Of a DNA stretch of 47,374 nt, positions 1 through 9,810 are shown piece after piece. Source of the stretch: a virus; the IMG/VR virus record IMGVR_UViG_3300032770_000004, positions 1 through 47,374 of that record; one strand, given 5' to 3'. Position numbers and translations under genes: made by a program. The stretch's first letter is position 1. Each line of letters begins with the position of its first letter. A model generated the notes under the pieces. The model had not been told where the DNA came from. It saw only the letters and a list, made by a program, of their open reading frames with translations, and did not search any database.

Positions 1-2
1 AT

Positions 3-164
3 CCAGATGGCGAGACCATCATCGATACGTACCCTGAAGAACACGAAACTCGGCCTGATACAATGATGGAGGAGCATCAAGCGCTGACTACTATGAGAGT
101 AGCCTCTGAAAATCTCAGCTTGCTTGACAAGAAGCTCCTTAGACTGAAGGGAGTACGTATATGA
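3..164 (+). CDS. C-terminal fragment of a possible phage sigma-factor-like protein (5' end outside window)
   Basis: Frame-3 translation PDGETIIDTYPEEHETRPD...LSLLDKKLLRLKGVRI* resembles sigma70 region 3.2-4.1; its stop overlaps the next ATG (ATGA). Confidence 0.4.
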   Translation, partial: PDGETIIDTYPEEHETRPDTMMEEHQALTTMRVASENLSLLDKKLLRLKGVRI

Positions 165-445
165 GTTATTCGTGTGTAAAGGGAAAGATTGCAGTTGAAC
201 CATTTAACGATACTGCTGTCAAAACTACGGCCATGGGAGGCGGTACAGTGAAGGTCGGAATGATTGTTCAAAAGAACGAGCTAGCTCGTCTGAAGGTGAT
301 TTTCCCCAGCTTCGAATTGTCGGGGAGTTATGTACACGTGCCTTCCGAGTACTATACCCAACCATACGCCAAAAAGATTTACGAGATGGACGGTCAGAAG
401 TTCATCATCATCCCTCTTAACATCGTCGAGATTGTAGAGTACTAA
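161..445 (+). CDS. GroES-like co-chaperonin
   Basis: 94 aa; IAVEP..KTTAMGG..; C-terminal YEMDGQKFIIIPLNIVEIV resembles the GroES/Cpn10 end. Confidence 0.5.
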   Translation: MSYSCVKGKIAVEPFNDTAVKTTAMGGGTVKVGMIVQKNELARLKVIFPSFELSGSYVHVPSEYYTQPYAKKIYEMDGQKFIIIPLNIVEIVEY

Positions 446-1422
446 TGAACTCCCTCCTCCTAGTGGGAGATCCTCACGTAACCGTTGAAGAAATCCCCGA
501 CTGTAACAGGCTTATCGATTGTATTCTAGACGTACTTGGCAAAGTTCCTGTCAAAGGTGTTGTCTTTTTGGGCGACCTCCACCACAACCATGCGCTTGTG
601 CGTATCGAGGTCATGGAGTTCTGGCGTAAGGCCTTTCATCGCATCAAACTCGCCTTTCCAAACATCAACATCTATGCGTTGGTGGGTAACCACGACAGAA
701 GCCATGACTACAGCGTAAAGGCTAACGCTCTACAGTCCTATGCGATTGACGTGATTCAGAGTCCATCTGAAATCATGCGTGGCGTAGTCGCTGCACCTTG
801 GTATCCGGATCCATCCAGCTTCTTGAAGGCACTTGATGGCCAACAAGGCAAGACACTGATTTGTCATCAGACATTCGATGGCAGCAAATACGAGAATGGC
901 TTTTTCGCTAGTGACGGTGTGGATCCAGCGCTTGTCCAATTCGACAACGTAATTGCTGGCCACATCCACGCTCCTCAGATTGTTGGTAAGGTTTGGTACA
1001 TCGGAGCACCTCGATGGAGGATCGCCAGTGATGCTAATACCCCGAGAGCACTATGGGTTTTCGATTTTGACGATGATGGAAATATAGTTGGACGAAAGCC
1101 ATTTCCGACCAGTGGCTGGTGTCGTGAAATATGGCATCTTGTTGACAAAGAAGAGGATCCAATTGAAGTTACTAGGCCAGAAAAGGGAATCTTAAGAGTA
1201 GACATTCATGGATCCGCCGAATGGGTCGAGGCAAAGAAGGCTAAATGGGAGGCGGTTGGGGCACGTGTCGCCACCTTTCCGGTTGTGGCTCGTTCCAGTT
1301 TGGTGAGAGAATCGGAGGGTATCTCCGTGGCTCTTTCTAAGTTTGTGGATGTCTGGGTACCTAAGTACGGTACTTCAATTGACCAGCTCAAGAAGATGGT
1401 CGCAGAGAGAATCAATGTCTGA
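445..1422 (+). CDS. Metallophosphoesterase, Mre11/SbcD/gp47-like recombination nuclease
   Basis: Motifs GDPH, LGDLHH, GNHD, CHQT, GHIH. Confidence 0.85.
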   Translation: MNSLLLVGDPHVTVEEIPDCNRLIDCILDVLGKVPVKGVVFLGDLHHNHALVRIEVMEFWRKAFHRIKLAFPNINIYALVGNHDRSHDYSVKANALQSYAIDVIQSPSEIMRGVVAAPWYPDPSSFLKALDGQQGKTLICHQTFDGSKYENGFFASDGVDPALVQFDNVIAGHIHAPQIVGKVWYIGAPRWRIASDANTPRALWVFDFDDDGNIVGRKPFPTSGWCREIWHLVDKEEDPIEVTRPEKGILRVDIHGSAEWVEAKKAKWEAVGARVATFPVVARSSLVRESEGISVALSKFVDVWVPKYGTSIDQLKKMVAERINV

Positions 1423-1801
1423 TAAATATGCAAAGACTGGATACAACGAATCGCTTGTCAATCTCTTCAACGTGTTGAATAAGCGTGGATACAATAATGA
1501 TCCATCCGATCCCAAATTCGGTGCTTTCGAAATGTATCGTCAGCTCACCATTTGGACTGGCATAGTCTCGCCTCCTCAGCTAGATACTCTGAAGCGTAAT
1601 GGCATGCTGCTTGGTGGTGGCTCTGTCACTATCACGCTCGATACGGATCAGAAGAAGATCAACTTCCTTTATGAGGAGCAAGGAGTACTTCCATATGAAC
1701 AGAAGCTTGAAAAACTCCAGCAGGTGGTGACCGCTACGCTCGGTCCAAACTGGGAAGTATCAACCAACGTGGTTAAGCATGGAAAAGCTGTCACTCGATA
1801 A
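1415..1801 (+). CDS. Hypothetical protein
   Basis: ORF translationally coupled to neighbours; ATG at 1415 preferred over 1343. Confidence 0.65.
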   Translation: MSDKYAKTGYNESLVNLFNVLNKRGYNNDPSDPKFGAFEMYRQLTIWTGIVSPPQLDTLKRNGMLLGGGSVTITLDTDQKKINFLYEEQGVLPYEQKLEKLQQVVTATLGPNWEVSTNVVKHGKAVTR

Positions 1802-2396
1802 AAAGCTTGCGTTGCTATCGGACTTAGAACGCGAAGCTTACGATAAGGTACTGACGTATCCGCCGCTGTCGCCAGTGACGGCAGCGAAGTTCTTTGGCTT
1901 ATTCCTTCAGGGTTATGGGTGTGTTGACATCGCTCGTACCAATCCAGAATTCGGCTCCCTCGCTCTTGGTCTGATTGTACGAGCACGTGTTGAATACGAT
2001 TGGGATACTGAACGTGATGTTTACATCAGGACCATGATGGAACTGATTCGTGTCAAGACCGAGAAGGCAACGTTGGAGGGGATCCAATTCGCTAGTGATG
2101 GTATGGCTGTTTTTCACAAGCTAGTGGGAGATAAGTTTCGCAGGTTCATTCAGACAGGCAACGAAGAAGAACTTGGTGAATTCAAGCATATGAGCTTCAA
2201 GACCTACAAGGAGTTTGTTCAAATCTTCACCAAGCTGACTGGTAAGGATCAAATTGTCATTCCTAGTGCCGAACTTGATTCTCAGGATGGCCCCAAGAGC
2301 GAGCTAAAGGTCGCCTCCTCTGAAGACAAGCCGGTTACAGCCGAAACCGCCGAAGACATGTTCAAGCTTCTTAGCTCGGTGAAGGTAAAGTCGTAA
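1779..2396 (+). CDS. Hypothetical protein, candidate terminase small subunit
   Basis: 205 aa, helical, directly upstream of and coupled to TerL. Confidence 0.5.
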   Translation: MEKLSLDKKLALLSDLEREAYDKVLTYPPLSPVTAAKFFGLFLQGYGCVDIARTNPEFGSLALGLIVRARVEYDWDTERDVYIRTMMELIRVKTEKATLEGIQFASDGMAVFHKLVGDKFRRFIQTGNEEELGEFKHMSFKTYKEFVQIFTKLTGKDQIVIPSAELDSQDGPKSELKVASSEDKPVTAETAEDMFKLLSSVKVKS

Positions 2397-4357
2397 TGGC
2401 TCTTGAGATGCTGTCTGATACTGAGAAACTGCGACGCAGGCTTCTGTTTGTGCCGTGCGAAACCCGAGAGCATCTCAGGGCGTGGATCAAGGAATATCTT
2501 GGTATCGATTTCCCAGATTGTACGGTCAGCGACGAATCCAACAGCAACCCACTCGATAACATTTGGGAGGCGTATGATCGTCTCCGACGCAATGACGTAA
2601 TTGGATTTTCACGTGTGATGGCATACGCCAATCGTGGAGGCTTCAAAACTCTCGGCGCCTCGGTGCTTGAAGTCATGGTCGTGCTCCACCTACGTCGCAA
2701 TGTCGCTCACATGGCTGCTACTCTTGAGCAGTCTTCTGCTTCACAGGAGTATGTGAAGAACTTCTTCAACATTCCCATCATCCAACAATTCGTAGCAGCC
2801 CAGGCCGAAAAACACGTCCGCGTAGTGCGCTTTCAACATAAGGTCACCGGCTATTGTATCACCAAGACGGAATACGGAACGCTCTCTCTTGCTGACAAAA
2901 AGAACTACGTTCGCATTGAGAACTACATCAAGATTGTCGCCTGTACGATGCAGGGCGCCAACTCTAAGCACGTTGAATTTTTCGTTGTTGACGAGGTAGA
3001 CGTCGTCGCTCCTCAGAACGTAAAAGCCTACCAGCAGGCCAAGAATATTCCGGATCCGCGAGACGGAATGCTTCCTCTCACGTTGATGGTCTCTACTAGA
3101 AAGTCACGCACTGGCTTGGTACAGCGTGAAATCGACGAGGCAGAGCATACGAAGCTCCAGTTGCGTCACTGGAACATTATCGACACTACAGAAGCATGTA
3201 AGCCAGAGCGCCACAAGCCCGACTTACCGCGTCAGACATACTACATAAATGATGGCGATGTGAAACACATCACCAAAGAAGAGTATGACATCCTGAATCC
3301 TGCCGAGCAGAAAAAGTACTATCCAACCGAGGGATTTGCTGGCTGCCGTGGATGTCGTCTGTTTGCTGCCTGCAAGGGTCGTCTGGCTACCCATCAGAAG
3401 TCGACCTCTCCGATGCTTAAGCCCATCGAAGATGGCATCGCTAAGTTTCAAGGCGCTCCCAGCCCTGAGTTCATCATCACAGAGTATCTTTGCCGTAAGC
3501 CTGACACCAGCGGTCTAATCTATCCGCGCTTCAACCGCGAGAAGCATATGATTTCTACGGCTCAGATGGCCGAACTAATCACAGGCGATCCAATGCCTCA
3601 GGTAAAAGATAAGGCAGCTCTCTTGGCGCTTATGAAGCTGAAGGGCGCTGAGTTCTATGTTGGTATGGACTTCGGTTTCTCTCACAACTTCTCTGTCGTC
3701 ACTTTTGCTGTTTACGGCCAGTATGCTTTCGTAATCGATGTGTTCTCACAAGCCGGTCTAGAACTGGATGACAAAATCCAGGCATGTGAATATCTCAAGA
3801 CGGTTTATGACAATCCGATGATCTATCCTGATCCTGCTTATCCTGCTGACATTAAGACCTTTCGACGTAAGGGCTTTAAGGTGAAGGAATGGGATAAAGG
3901 CAAGGATTCGGTCAAGGCTGGCATCGAAATCGTGCGCACGCTTCTGTGGAGCGGTAAGAATGCCATTCGTCTCTATCTCATCAAAGAAGATCCAGGTTGC
4001 GAGCTACTGGCTAGTCGAATGGAAAAGTACAAGTTCACTATGGATGCAGCTGGTCTATATACGGATGTTCCAGACAAGACCGAGGACGACGAATGCGATG
4101 CCATTCGATATGGTATCATGAATGTCTTCGGTTCGAAGGGTGCTCTGAAGGTTCAGACAGGTGCTGCCATTGTGGTGGATGAATCTGGGAAGGTCAAGCA
4201 AGTAGCGTCAAATCAACAGCCGGGCCAGCAACAGGATTGGATGACACAAATGATTCGTCAGGCAGTTGGTGGTGGTGGCACAGACAGCAATGATCAGACG
4301 GATAGTAAAGTGCCACCAGCACAAATCAAAAAGGGTCGGTTCTTCTCCGACCTGTAA
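2396..4357 (+). CDS. terL: Terminase large subunit
   Basis: Walker A ANRGGFKT, Walker B FFVVDE, coupling motif VST, RNase H nuclease VGMDFG ... YPDP ... DDECDAIRY. Confidence 0.92.
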   Translation: MALEMLSDTEKLRRRLLFVPCETREHLRAWIKEYLGIDFPDCTVSDESNSNPLDNIWEAYDRLRRNDVIGFSRVMAYANRGGFKTLGASVLEVMVVLHLRRNVAHMAATLEQSSASQEYVKNFFNIPIIQQFVAAQAEKHVRVVRFQHKVTGYCITKTEYGTLSLADKKNYVRIENYIKIVACTMQGANSKHVEFFVVDEVDVVAPQNVKAYQQAKNIPDPRDGMLPLTLMVSTRKSRTGLVQREIDEAEHTKLQLRHWNIIDTTEACKPERHKPDLPRQTYYINDGDVKHITKEEYDILNPAEQKKYYPTEGFAGCRGCRLFAACKGRLATHQKSTSPMLKPIEDGIAKFQGAPSPEFIITEYLCRKPDTSGLIYPRFNREKHMISTAQMAELITGDPMPQVKDKAALLALMKLKGAEFYVGMDFGFSHNFSVVTFAVYGQYAFVIDVFSQAGLELDDKIQACEYLKTVYDNPMIYPDPAYPADIKTFRRKGFKVKEWDKGKDSVKAGIEIVRTLLWSGKNAIRLYLIKEDPGCELLASRMEKYKFTMDAAGLYTDVPDKTEDDECDAIRYGIMNVFGSKGALKVQTGAAIVVDESGKVKQVASNQQPGQQQDWMTQMIRQAVGGGGTDSNDQTDSKVPPAQIKKGRFFSDL

Positions 4358-4381
4358 TCTACGATTCTGGAGATTTTTCAA

Positions 4382-5374
4382 ATGGATGCAATCCTAAACG
4401 TAGTTGTAAAGCTGCTCGCTTTCAGCGATCCGACCAACAATTCGAATCCTAGGTTGCGCCATGTTGACTGGACACGTGACATGAGCGGAATCGCTGTCCG
4501 CGATCCACGTTCGCAAGCATACGAAATCCTTCCAGGTTCAAGCCTCACCGTCTTTAATGGAACCAGGACTACTACCATCGATAGTACAACCGCTTTTACA
4601 GTATCGTTGCTACCTATCAATGGATCTGCTTCGCAGTATCGTTTCACTTACGTTTCGGGTACCGCTCCTGGCTTCCGTACTAGCCGCAGTCTAGCTGTCA
4701 CCGGAGTAGCCATAACGATGACCATGAACACGAATGCCACACTTGGTGTTCATGCCGCCTCTGGAATTTTTGGATCAGTTATCCCCGGCGACTCGGTCTT
4801 CATTCCTAACACGACTACTGGTGATTCTGCCAATGTATTCAGTGTGTTGAATTCTGGTTACTGGCAAGTTCTCTCTGTCGCCAGCGCTACTGACATCACC
4901 CTTGTACGTCCTGTAGGTCAGGCTTTCTCCGGCGCTAACGAAACCCAAACACCTGAATCCAATAGTCAGTTTGTGGCATTCAGTGCCGCAGGCGTTCAGA
5001 TTGGCGATAGCGTCGATATCAACGCCGGCTTCAATACCTCAACCTTGAAGGTCTTCGAGGTAGTCAATGTCACCGATTCTTTCTTCGAGGTGGTTAGCTC
5101 GGCTCCTCTTGCGCTGGATGTAGGCGTGACTCCTGGTGCTTCCGGGATGGCTTTCTATTCGGACTCTAAGCAAATGGTCTATGTCGAGGCCGATCAGGAA
5201 GTCGCTATTCAGATTAATGGAGATACCGGCCAGACGCAACGCGTAGGTTCCTTTGATCCTAGCGATCCAACTCAACCGGGCGTGTATCTAAAGATTGGCC
5301 CCACGTGGTCTTTGACAATTGTGAATCGCTCGGTCTCCTTGGCTAATGTAATTGTCATCCATGCAGCGGAGTAA
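4382..5374 (+). CDS. Virion structural protein (beta-rich)
   Basis: S/T/G/V-rich 330 aa between terL and portal; preceded by GTAATCT motif and GGAG SD. Confidence 0.6.
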   Translation: MDAILNVVVKLLAFSDPTNNSNPRLRHVDWTRDMSGIAVRDPRSQAYEILPGSSLTVFNGTRTTTIDSTTAFTVSLLPINGSASQYRFTYVSGTAPGFRTSRSLAVTGVAITMTMNTNATLGVHAASGIFGSVIPGDSVFIPNTTTGDSANVFSVLNSGYWQVLSVASATDITLVRPVGQAFSGANETQTPESNSQFVAFSAAGVQIGDSVDINAGFNTSTLKVFEVVNVTDSFFEVVSSAPLALDVGVTPGASGMAFYSDSKQMVYVEADQEVAIQINGDTGQTQRVGSFDPSDPTQPGVYLKIGPTWSLTIVNRSVSLANVIVIHAAE

Positions 5375-5376
5375 GC

Positions 5377-7452
5377 ATGTCGAAGAAGAATCGTATTGAC
5401 ATCGGCGCGCTAAGCCCCTTCCAGCAGGAAGTGATTCGTTCCGTTATTGGCGGTAGTAGCCCGACACCTCAAGGAGAAAAGAGGCGTGTAAGTGTTGCTT
5501 TTGCGGATCCATTCTTCGTTGGTTCTTCTGGTGGCGCTCCACTAACTAAGGCCGATACTCAAGCCCATCAAGAAGCCGTTAGCAACAGTGACCCGCTTGT
5601 AAAGTCCATCCTCAACGTCCTCAATGGTCCTGGTGATAGCATTGAACGCCTTGCCTTCCAGGTAAGCCCCTATACTCAGAACACGTATGGCGGCCTATGG
5701 AAGCGCAAGCTTCGTCTACTGCCTGACGAAATTTTGAAGCGCGTTTCGATTCAAGACGACCTTGTCGCCGCTGTTGTCAATACGCGTAGCAACCAAATTG
5801 CAGCCTTTGGTCGTCCACAGCCGGATCGCTTCAGCACCGGCTTCAAGATTGAACCAGAGCCAGGATACACTGAGCACCTTACTTCCGAGCAGAAGCGCGA
5901 GCTTCAGAACAAGATTGCCGATGTAGAGGCACGTCTCCTTACGTGTGGTGAGACTAAGGGTTGGAACGACGAAGACGCTCTTGGCTTCGGACACTTTCTT
6001 TTCATGTCGGCACGCAATGCTGTAGTGTTCGGTAGGATTGCCACAGAAATCATTCATGTTGATACTCCTGGTGGTCGCAAGTTCCACTCGTTTAGGCCTA
6101 TTGACGCCGGAACCATCTATCGCGCTGCTCCTTACAAGAATGCAGCAGAGCAGGTACGTAGAAATGCTTTGCACATGTTGGAGCAGATCAAGAACAAGAA
6201 ACTTCAGCCCGAACGTTACGTTGCTGATGAATACACTTGGGTCCAGGTGATTGATGGTCGTCCGGTACAGGCCTTTACGAGCGAGGAATGTGTAGTCCAC
6301 AACTTCTATCCAACTACGGATGTCGAGCTTGATGGTTATCCCGTTTCGCCTCTAGATACGGTAATCACAGCTGTCACTACGCACATCAATATCGGTGTTC
6401 ACAACAAGCTTTATTTCCAGTCTGGCCGCGCTGCCCGAGGAATGATTGTCATCAAGTCTGATGACATTGATGAATCCATCACTGGATTTATCCGTCAACA
6501 ATTCAATGCCTCTATCAATAGCGTCGGCAACGCCTGGAGAATGCCTATCTTTGGTATTGGAACTGATGATGATGTGGGTTGGTACCCCATCGACAACAGT
6601 AGCCGTGACATGGAATTCCAGTACCTCAGCGACACCAATGCTCGTGTGATTCTTTCCGCATTCCAAATGTCGCCTGAAGAACTTCCTGGATATGCCCACT
6701 TGTCGCGCGGTACTAACAACCAAGCGCTCAGCGAATCCAACAACGAGTACAAGCTCGAAGCTCACCGTGATGTCGGTATTCGTCCGTTGATCGCACAGTT
6801 CCAGAACTTCATCAACGCCACTATCATGCCGTTGATTGCTCCGGAGCTTGCAGATTTCTGCCACTTCAAGTTTGTTGGTCTTGACGTAGACACTGCCGAG
6901 AAAGAAAGCACCCGCCTCCAGCAAGACATGGCCATTCACATGAACATGGACGAAGTACTGGAGAAGGTTGAGAAGAAGCCAGTGGGTCAGCGTTGGGCTG
7001 GTCAATTCTTGCTCAATCCCCAATGGGCTGCCGTTCTCGACAAGTACTTCCTGGTTGGCGACATCATGGAACACTTCTTTGGCATCAAAGGTGCTTCGCA
7101 GGATCCGCGCTTCCAGTTTGTTAACAACCCGATGTGGTTCAATTGGCAGCAACTCATGCAACAGCAACAGCAGATGGAGCAACAGCAACAGCAACAACAG
7201 ATGCAAGCTCAGCAGCAACAACAGATGCAGCAGCAACAGGGTCAAGAGGAACAGGGCGACCTTTCTCAGGGTGTAGACCAGCTTCACGGGCAGCTCAGTA
7301 AAGGCGAGAAGCAGCTCACTCCTAGTCGCAAGGCCCTATTGGCTCATGAACGCCGCATCCTCAAGAATGTACTGAAGGGTTTTGAGGAAGACGTGGCTAA
7401 GGCCACCGAAGACATTCTAGATGCAGCCGATGGACATTTGCCGGAGGAGTAA
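5377..7452 (+). CDS. Portal protein
   Basis: Position after terL; portal-like segments (RPIDAGTI, YPVSPL, NKLYFQSG, RDMEFQ, SAFQMSPEELPG, GIRPLI); C-terminal poly-Q. Confidence 0.88.
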   Translation: MSKKNRIDIGALSPFQQEVIRSVIGGSSPTPQGEKRRVSVAFADPFFVGSSGGAPLTKADTQAHQEAVSNSDPLVKSILNVLNGPGDSIERLAFQVSPYTQNTYGGLWKRKLRLLPDEILKRVSIQDDLVAAVVNTRSNQIAAFGRPQPDRFSTGFKIEPEPGYTEHLTSEQKRELQNKIADVEARLLTCGETKGWNDEDALGFGHFLFMSARNAVVFGRIATEIIHVDTPGGRKFHSFRPIDAGTIYRAAPYKNAAEQVRRNALHMLEQIKNKKLQPERYVADEYTWVQVIDGRPVQAFTSEECVVHNFYPTTDVELDGYPVSPLDTVITAVTTHINIGVHNKLYFQSGRAARGMIVIKSDDIDESITGFIRQQFNASINSVGNAWRMPIFGIGTDDDVGWYPIDNSSRDMEFQYLSDTNARVILSAFQMSPEELPGYAHLSRGTNNQALSESNNEYKLEAHRDVGIRPLIAQFQNFINATIMPLIAPELADFCHFKFVGLDVDTAEKESTRLQQDMAIHMNMDEVLEKVEKKPVGQRWAGQFLLNPQWAAVLDKYFLVGDIMEHFFGIKGASQDPRFQFVNNPMWFNWQQLMQQQQQMEQQQQQQQMQAQQQQQMQQQQGQEEQGDLSQGVDQLHGQLSKGEKQLTPSRKALLAHERRILKNVLKGFEEDVAKATEDILDAADGHLPEE

Positions 7453-8228
7453 TGGCGAAGAATGTACGCCTATCCCCGACAGCCCTTAAGCTGATCGACA
7501 AGGCAGTAGACCTACTCTTTGAACGCGCTAAGGCTCGTCTTTTGGGCCCTGGCGCTCACAAGATGTATGCCCGCAAACAGCTTGTCTTGAAGCTCAATCC
7601 TAAGGATACCTTGACCGGTCTCTATCGCCAAGCTTCTCAATTCGAAGGCATGGATCCAAAAGAGAATGTCATGAAGGGCCTTCTTCGAATCGCAGGTTCA
7701 TATCTCGACGCGACGAAGGAAAAGACCAAAGCCAAAGTTCAGCACTCTGTACAGAGCTTTCTGACTGACGCTATCGCTCAAGGAATCAAGACTGACGCAC
7801 GTACAGTTCTAGGAGGCCAGCTCGCAGAGCTTTGGGGTGACGTCAAAAAGGATGTACGTCGTATCGTCGAGACAGAGACTACAGTAGTACGAAACACCAG
7901 CATCTATGATGCTATCGGCAGAATGTCGGCGCTTGATGGCGTAGAAGATCCAACCGTCTTCTTCGTAACCGTGCGTGACGATGTGCGCTGTGATGAATGT
8001 ACCCGCCTCCACCTTCTCCCAGACGGGACAACGCCTCGTGTTTGGAAGCAATCAGAATTAGGATCCGGATACCATAAAAAAGGAGACCCGAATCCGAAGA
8101 TCGCGGGTCTCCATCCCCACTGCCGTTGCGTTCTTACGGTTCTAATGCGTGGTTACGGTTTTGATTCTGGTGGAATGGTAACTTACAAAGAACCTGACTG
8201 GGACGAATACAAGCATCAAAGGGAATGA
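7452..8228 (+). CDS. Head morphogenesis protein (MuF / SPP1 gp7 family)
   Basis: RIVETET, DDVRCDEC and HPHCRC motifs; follows portal. Confidence 0.85.
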   Translation: MAKNVRLSPTALKLIDKAVDLLFERAKARLLGPGAHKMYARKQLVLKLNPKDTLTGLYRQASQFEGMDPKENVMKGLLRIAGSYLDATKEKTKAKVQHSVQSFLTDAIAQGIKTDARTVLGGQLAELWGDVKKDVRRIVETETTVVRNTSIYDAIGRMSALDGVEDPTVFFVTVRDDVRCDECTRLHLLPDGTTPRVWKQSELGSGYHKKGDPNPKIAGLHPHCRCVLTVLMRGYGFDSGGMVTYKEPDWDEYKHQRE

Positions 8229-8282
8229 ATCTACCTGCGATGTTAACCGCAGATCCCGTTTAGGGGTGCTCGATTCGCGTGT

Positions 8283-8621
8283 TTAAGCCTTGACCTTCTC
8301 GTTGGGTTGAATCAGCGCCCGGGCAGCCGCCATTGCCTGACGAAGCTCGGTGGTGGGCTTGTGGGCGATCACCGTGACATGCGCATCGCCAACCTTGACG
8401 ACCTCAGGACCCGTGAAGTTCTCGACCGCAGTGAGAAGCTTGAGGAGCGTAATGCGAAGCGTTCCGATCGCCTTGTGGTCGATCTTGTAATCGACCTTGG
8501 TCTCGGTGACAGGCTGGGCGGTCGTCGTAGACGCACGGGCTGCCTCCAAGTCCTTCACCTTCTGGCGAAGATACCGCAATTCGGCAATCTGCATTCCATT
8601 CTCGGGCTTGTGGGGCTTCAT
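8283..8621 (-). CDS. Hypothetical protein
   Basis: 112 aa ORF with GAAAGGA SD, downstream of the 9105 gene on the minus strand. Confidence 0.65.
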   Translation of the reverse strand: MKPHKPENGMQIAELRYLRQKVKDLEAARASTTTAQPVTETKVDYKIDHKAIGTLRITLLKLLTAVENFTGPEVVKVGDAHVTVIAHKPTTELRQAMAAARALIQPNEKVKA

Positions 8622-8676
8622 TGTATGGTCCTTTCGGGTTGAACTACATTTAGGCTAACAGGCGTTTCGGGGAATG

Positions 8677-9105
8677 TCAATTGTGGTCGTCATTGTCGGG
8701 GTCGTATTCGGCCTTGAAATAGCCTTCTTCGTGATAGTATTTTGACCAGATGCCGCTTTCGTCGAAGCGCTCGACGGACACGTTTTTGAATCCAGCGTCG
8801 TCGAGGATTTGTCTCATAGCTTCGGCGCCTATGGTGTTGTGGGAATGGATAATCACCTTCTCGGGCCGCTGATCCTTAGGAATGTAGGAAAGCGCCCAGG
8901 CGGCCATCTGGCCGTTGCCTTCGTAATTGTCATCACCCAGGTCGTGGTCGAGGCTGATCAGATCGAAAACGGTCGGGTAATTGTACAGGTAGCGCAAAAA
9001 GGTCGCGATGTTGGTGGCGACGGTGATTTGATAGGTCTTGCTGTTTCTGGCACGAAAGGCATCTGCGCGGGCCTTCATGTCGTCGAGGAAAAGTGCCTGT
9101 TTCAT
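8677..9105 (-). CDS. Cyclic-phosphate-processing receiver-like (REC variant) protein
   Basis: LFLDD ... ISLDHDLG ... IIHSHNxxGAxxM pattern. Confidence 0.75.
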   Translation of the reverse strand: MKQALFLDDMKARADAFRARNSKTYQITVATNIATFLRYLYNYPTVFDLISLDHDLGDDNYEGNGQMAAWALSYIPKDQRPEKVIIHSHNTIGAEAMRQILDDAGFKNVSVERFDESGIWSKYYHEEGYFKAEYDPDNDDHN

Positions 9106-9111
9106 GAGGGC

Positions 9112-9140
9112 ATCTTACTGTAATGGCGTTATTACTGCAA
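9112..9140 (-). promoter_or_regulatory. sigma70-type promoter (TTGCAG-17-TAAGAT), leaderless to ATG 9105
   Basis: Reverse strand reads ttgcag-taataacgccattacag-taagat-gccctc-ATG. Confidence 0.6.
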
Positions 9141-9156
9141 GGTAATCTAATGTGAG

Positions 9157-9810
9157 ATGAAGCCCGTTAACTCACTAAACGAAGAATTTTTCGAGCAAAT
9201 AGATTCAGAAGAAAAGGCTTACTGGCTTGGATTTTTACTGGCGGATGGTGGGGTTAGTCGGAATCAACTTACCGTTTCTTTGGCGATCGAAGATGGGCTC
9301 CATGTTGAAAAGCTTCGTAGTGCTCTCGGTTCTGATGCTCCTCTCAAGAGAATTACCTTTAACAATGCGTGGAAGTCTAAGGATCAAATTCGTCTTGTTA
9401 TCAAGCGAAAGGCTATGGCTGTTCGGCTAGCCAAATGGGGTATCGTTCCAAACAAGATGTTGTATGGCTGGGTACCGGAGCTGCCAAGACCTCTTCAAAG
9501 GCACTTCTGGCGGGGAGTATTTGACGGTGATGGGTACATTTCCATAATGGTTTCGAGGAACGAGGTTGGAATTGGTCTTTGCGGTAACCTTAAGACTATG
9601 GAAGCGTTTGTTGAATTTCTTGGAAAAACACTAGGATTCAGGCCCACAATCCATCCCATTCCAAAGAGAGATGGAGGAGATCCTGTTTGCTTTCGAATCG
9701 TCATCTCTGGGAAAGCAAAGCCCATCTCGGTACTTAGAGTTCTTTATGGTGCTTCGACACTGTACCTGGATCGTAAGGCACGTAAGGTGCATCAGTTAGG
9801 AGTTCAATAA
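9157..9810 (+). CDS. Free-standing LAGLIDADG homing endonuclease
   Basis: Two motifs: YWLGFLLADG and FWRGVFDGDG. Confidence 0.9.
   Translation: MKPVNSLNEEFFEQIDSEEKAYWLGFLLADGGVSRNQLTVSLAIEDGLHVEKLRSALGSDAPLKRITFNNAWKSKDQIRLVIKRKAMAVRLAKWGIVPNKMLYGWVPELPRPLQRHFWRGVFDGDGYISIMVSRNEVGIGLCGNLKTMEAFVEFLGKTLGFRPTIHPIPKRDGGDPVCFRIVISGKAKPISVLRVLYGASTLYLDRKARKVHQLGVQ

Noticed and set aside
2396-4357. Intein or intron in terL
   Set aside because: No C/S...HN-C/S/T splice motifs or embedded endonuclease; the reading frame is continuous
9157-9810. Group I intron hosting the LAGLIDADG gene
   Set aside because: Flanks leave no room for an intron core and neighbouring genes are uninterrupted; treated as free-standing
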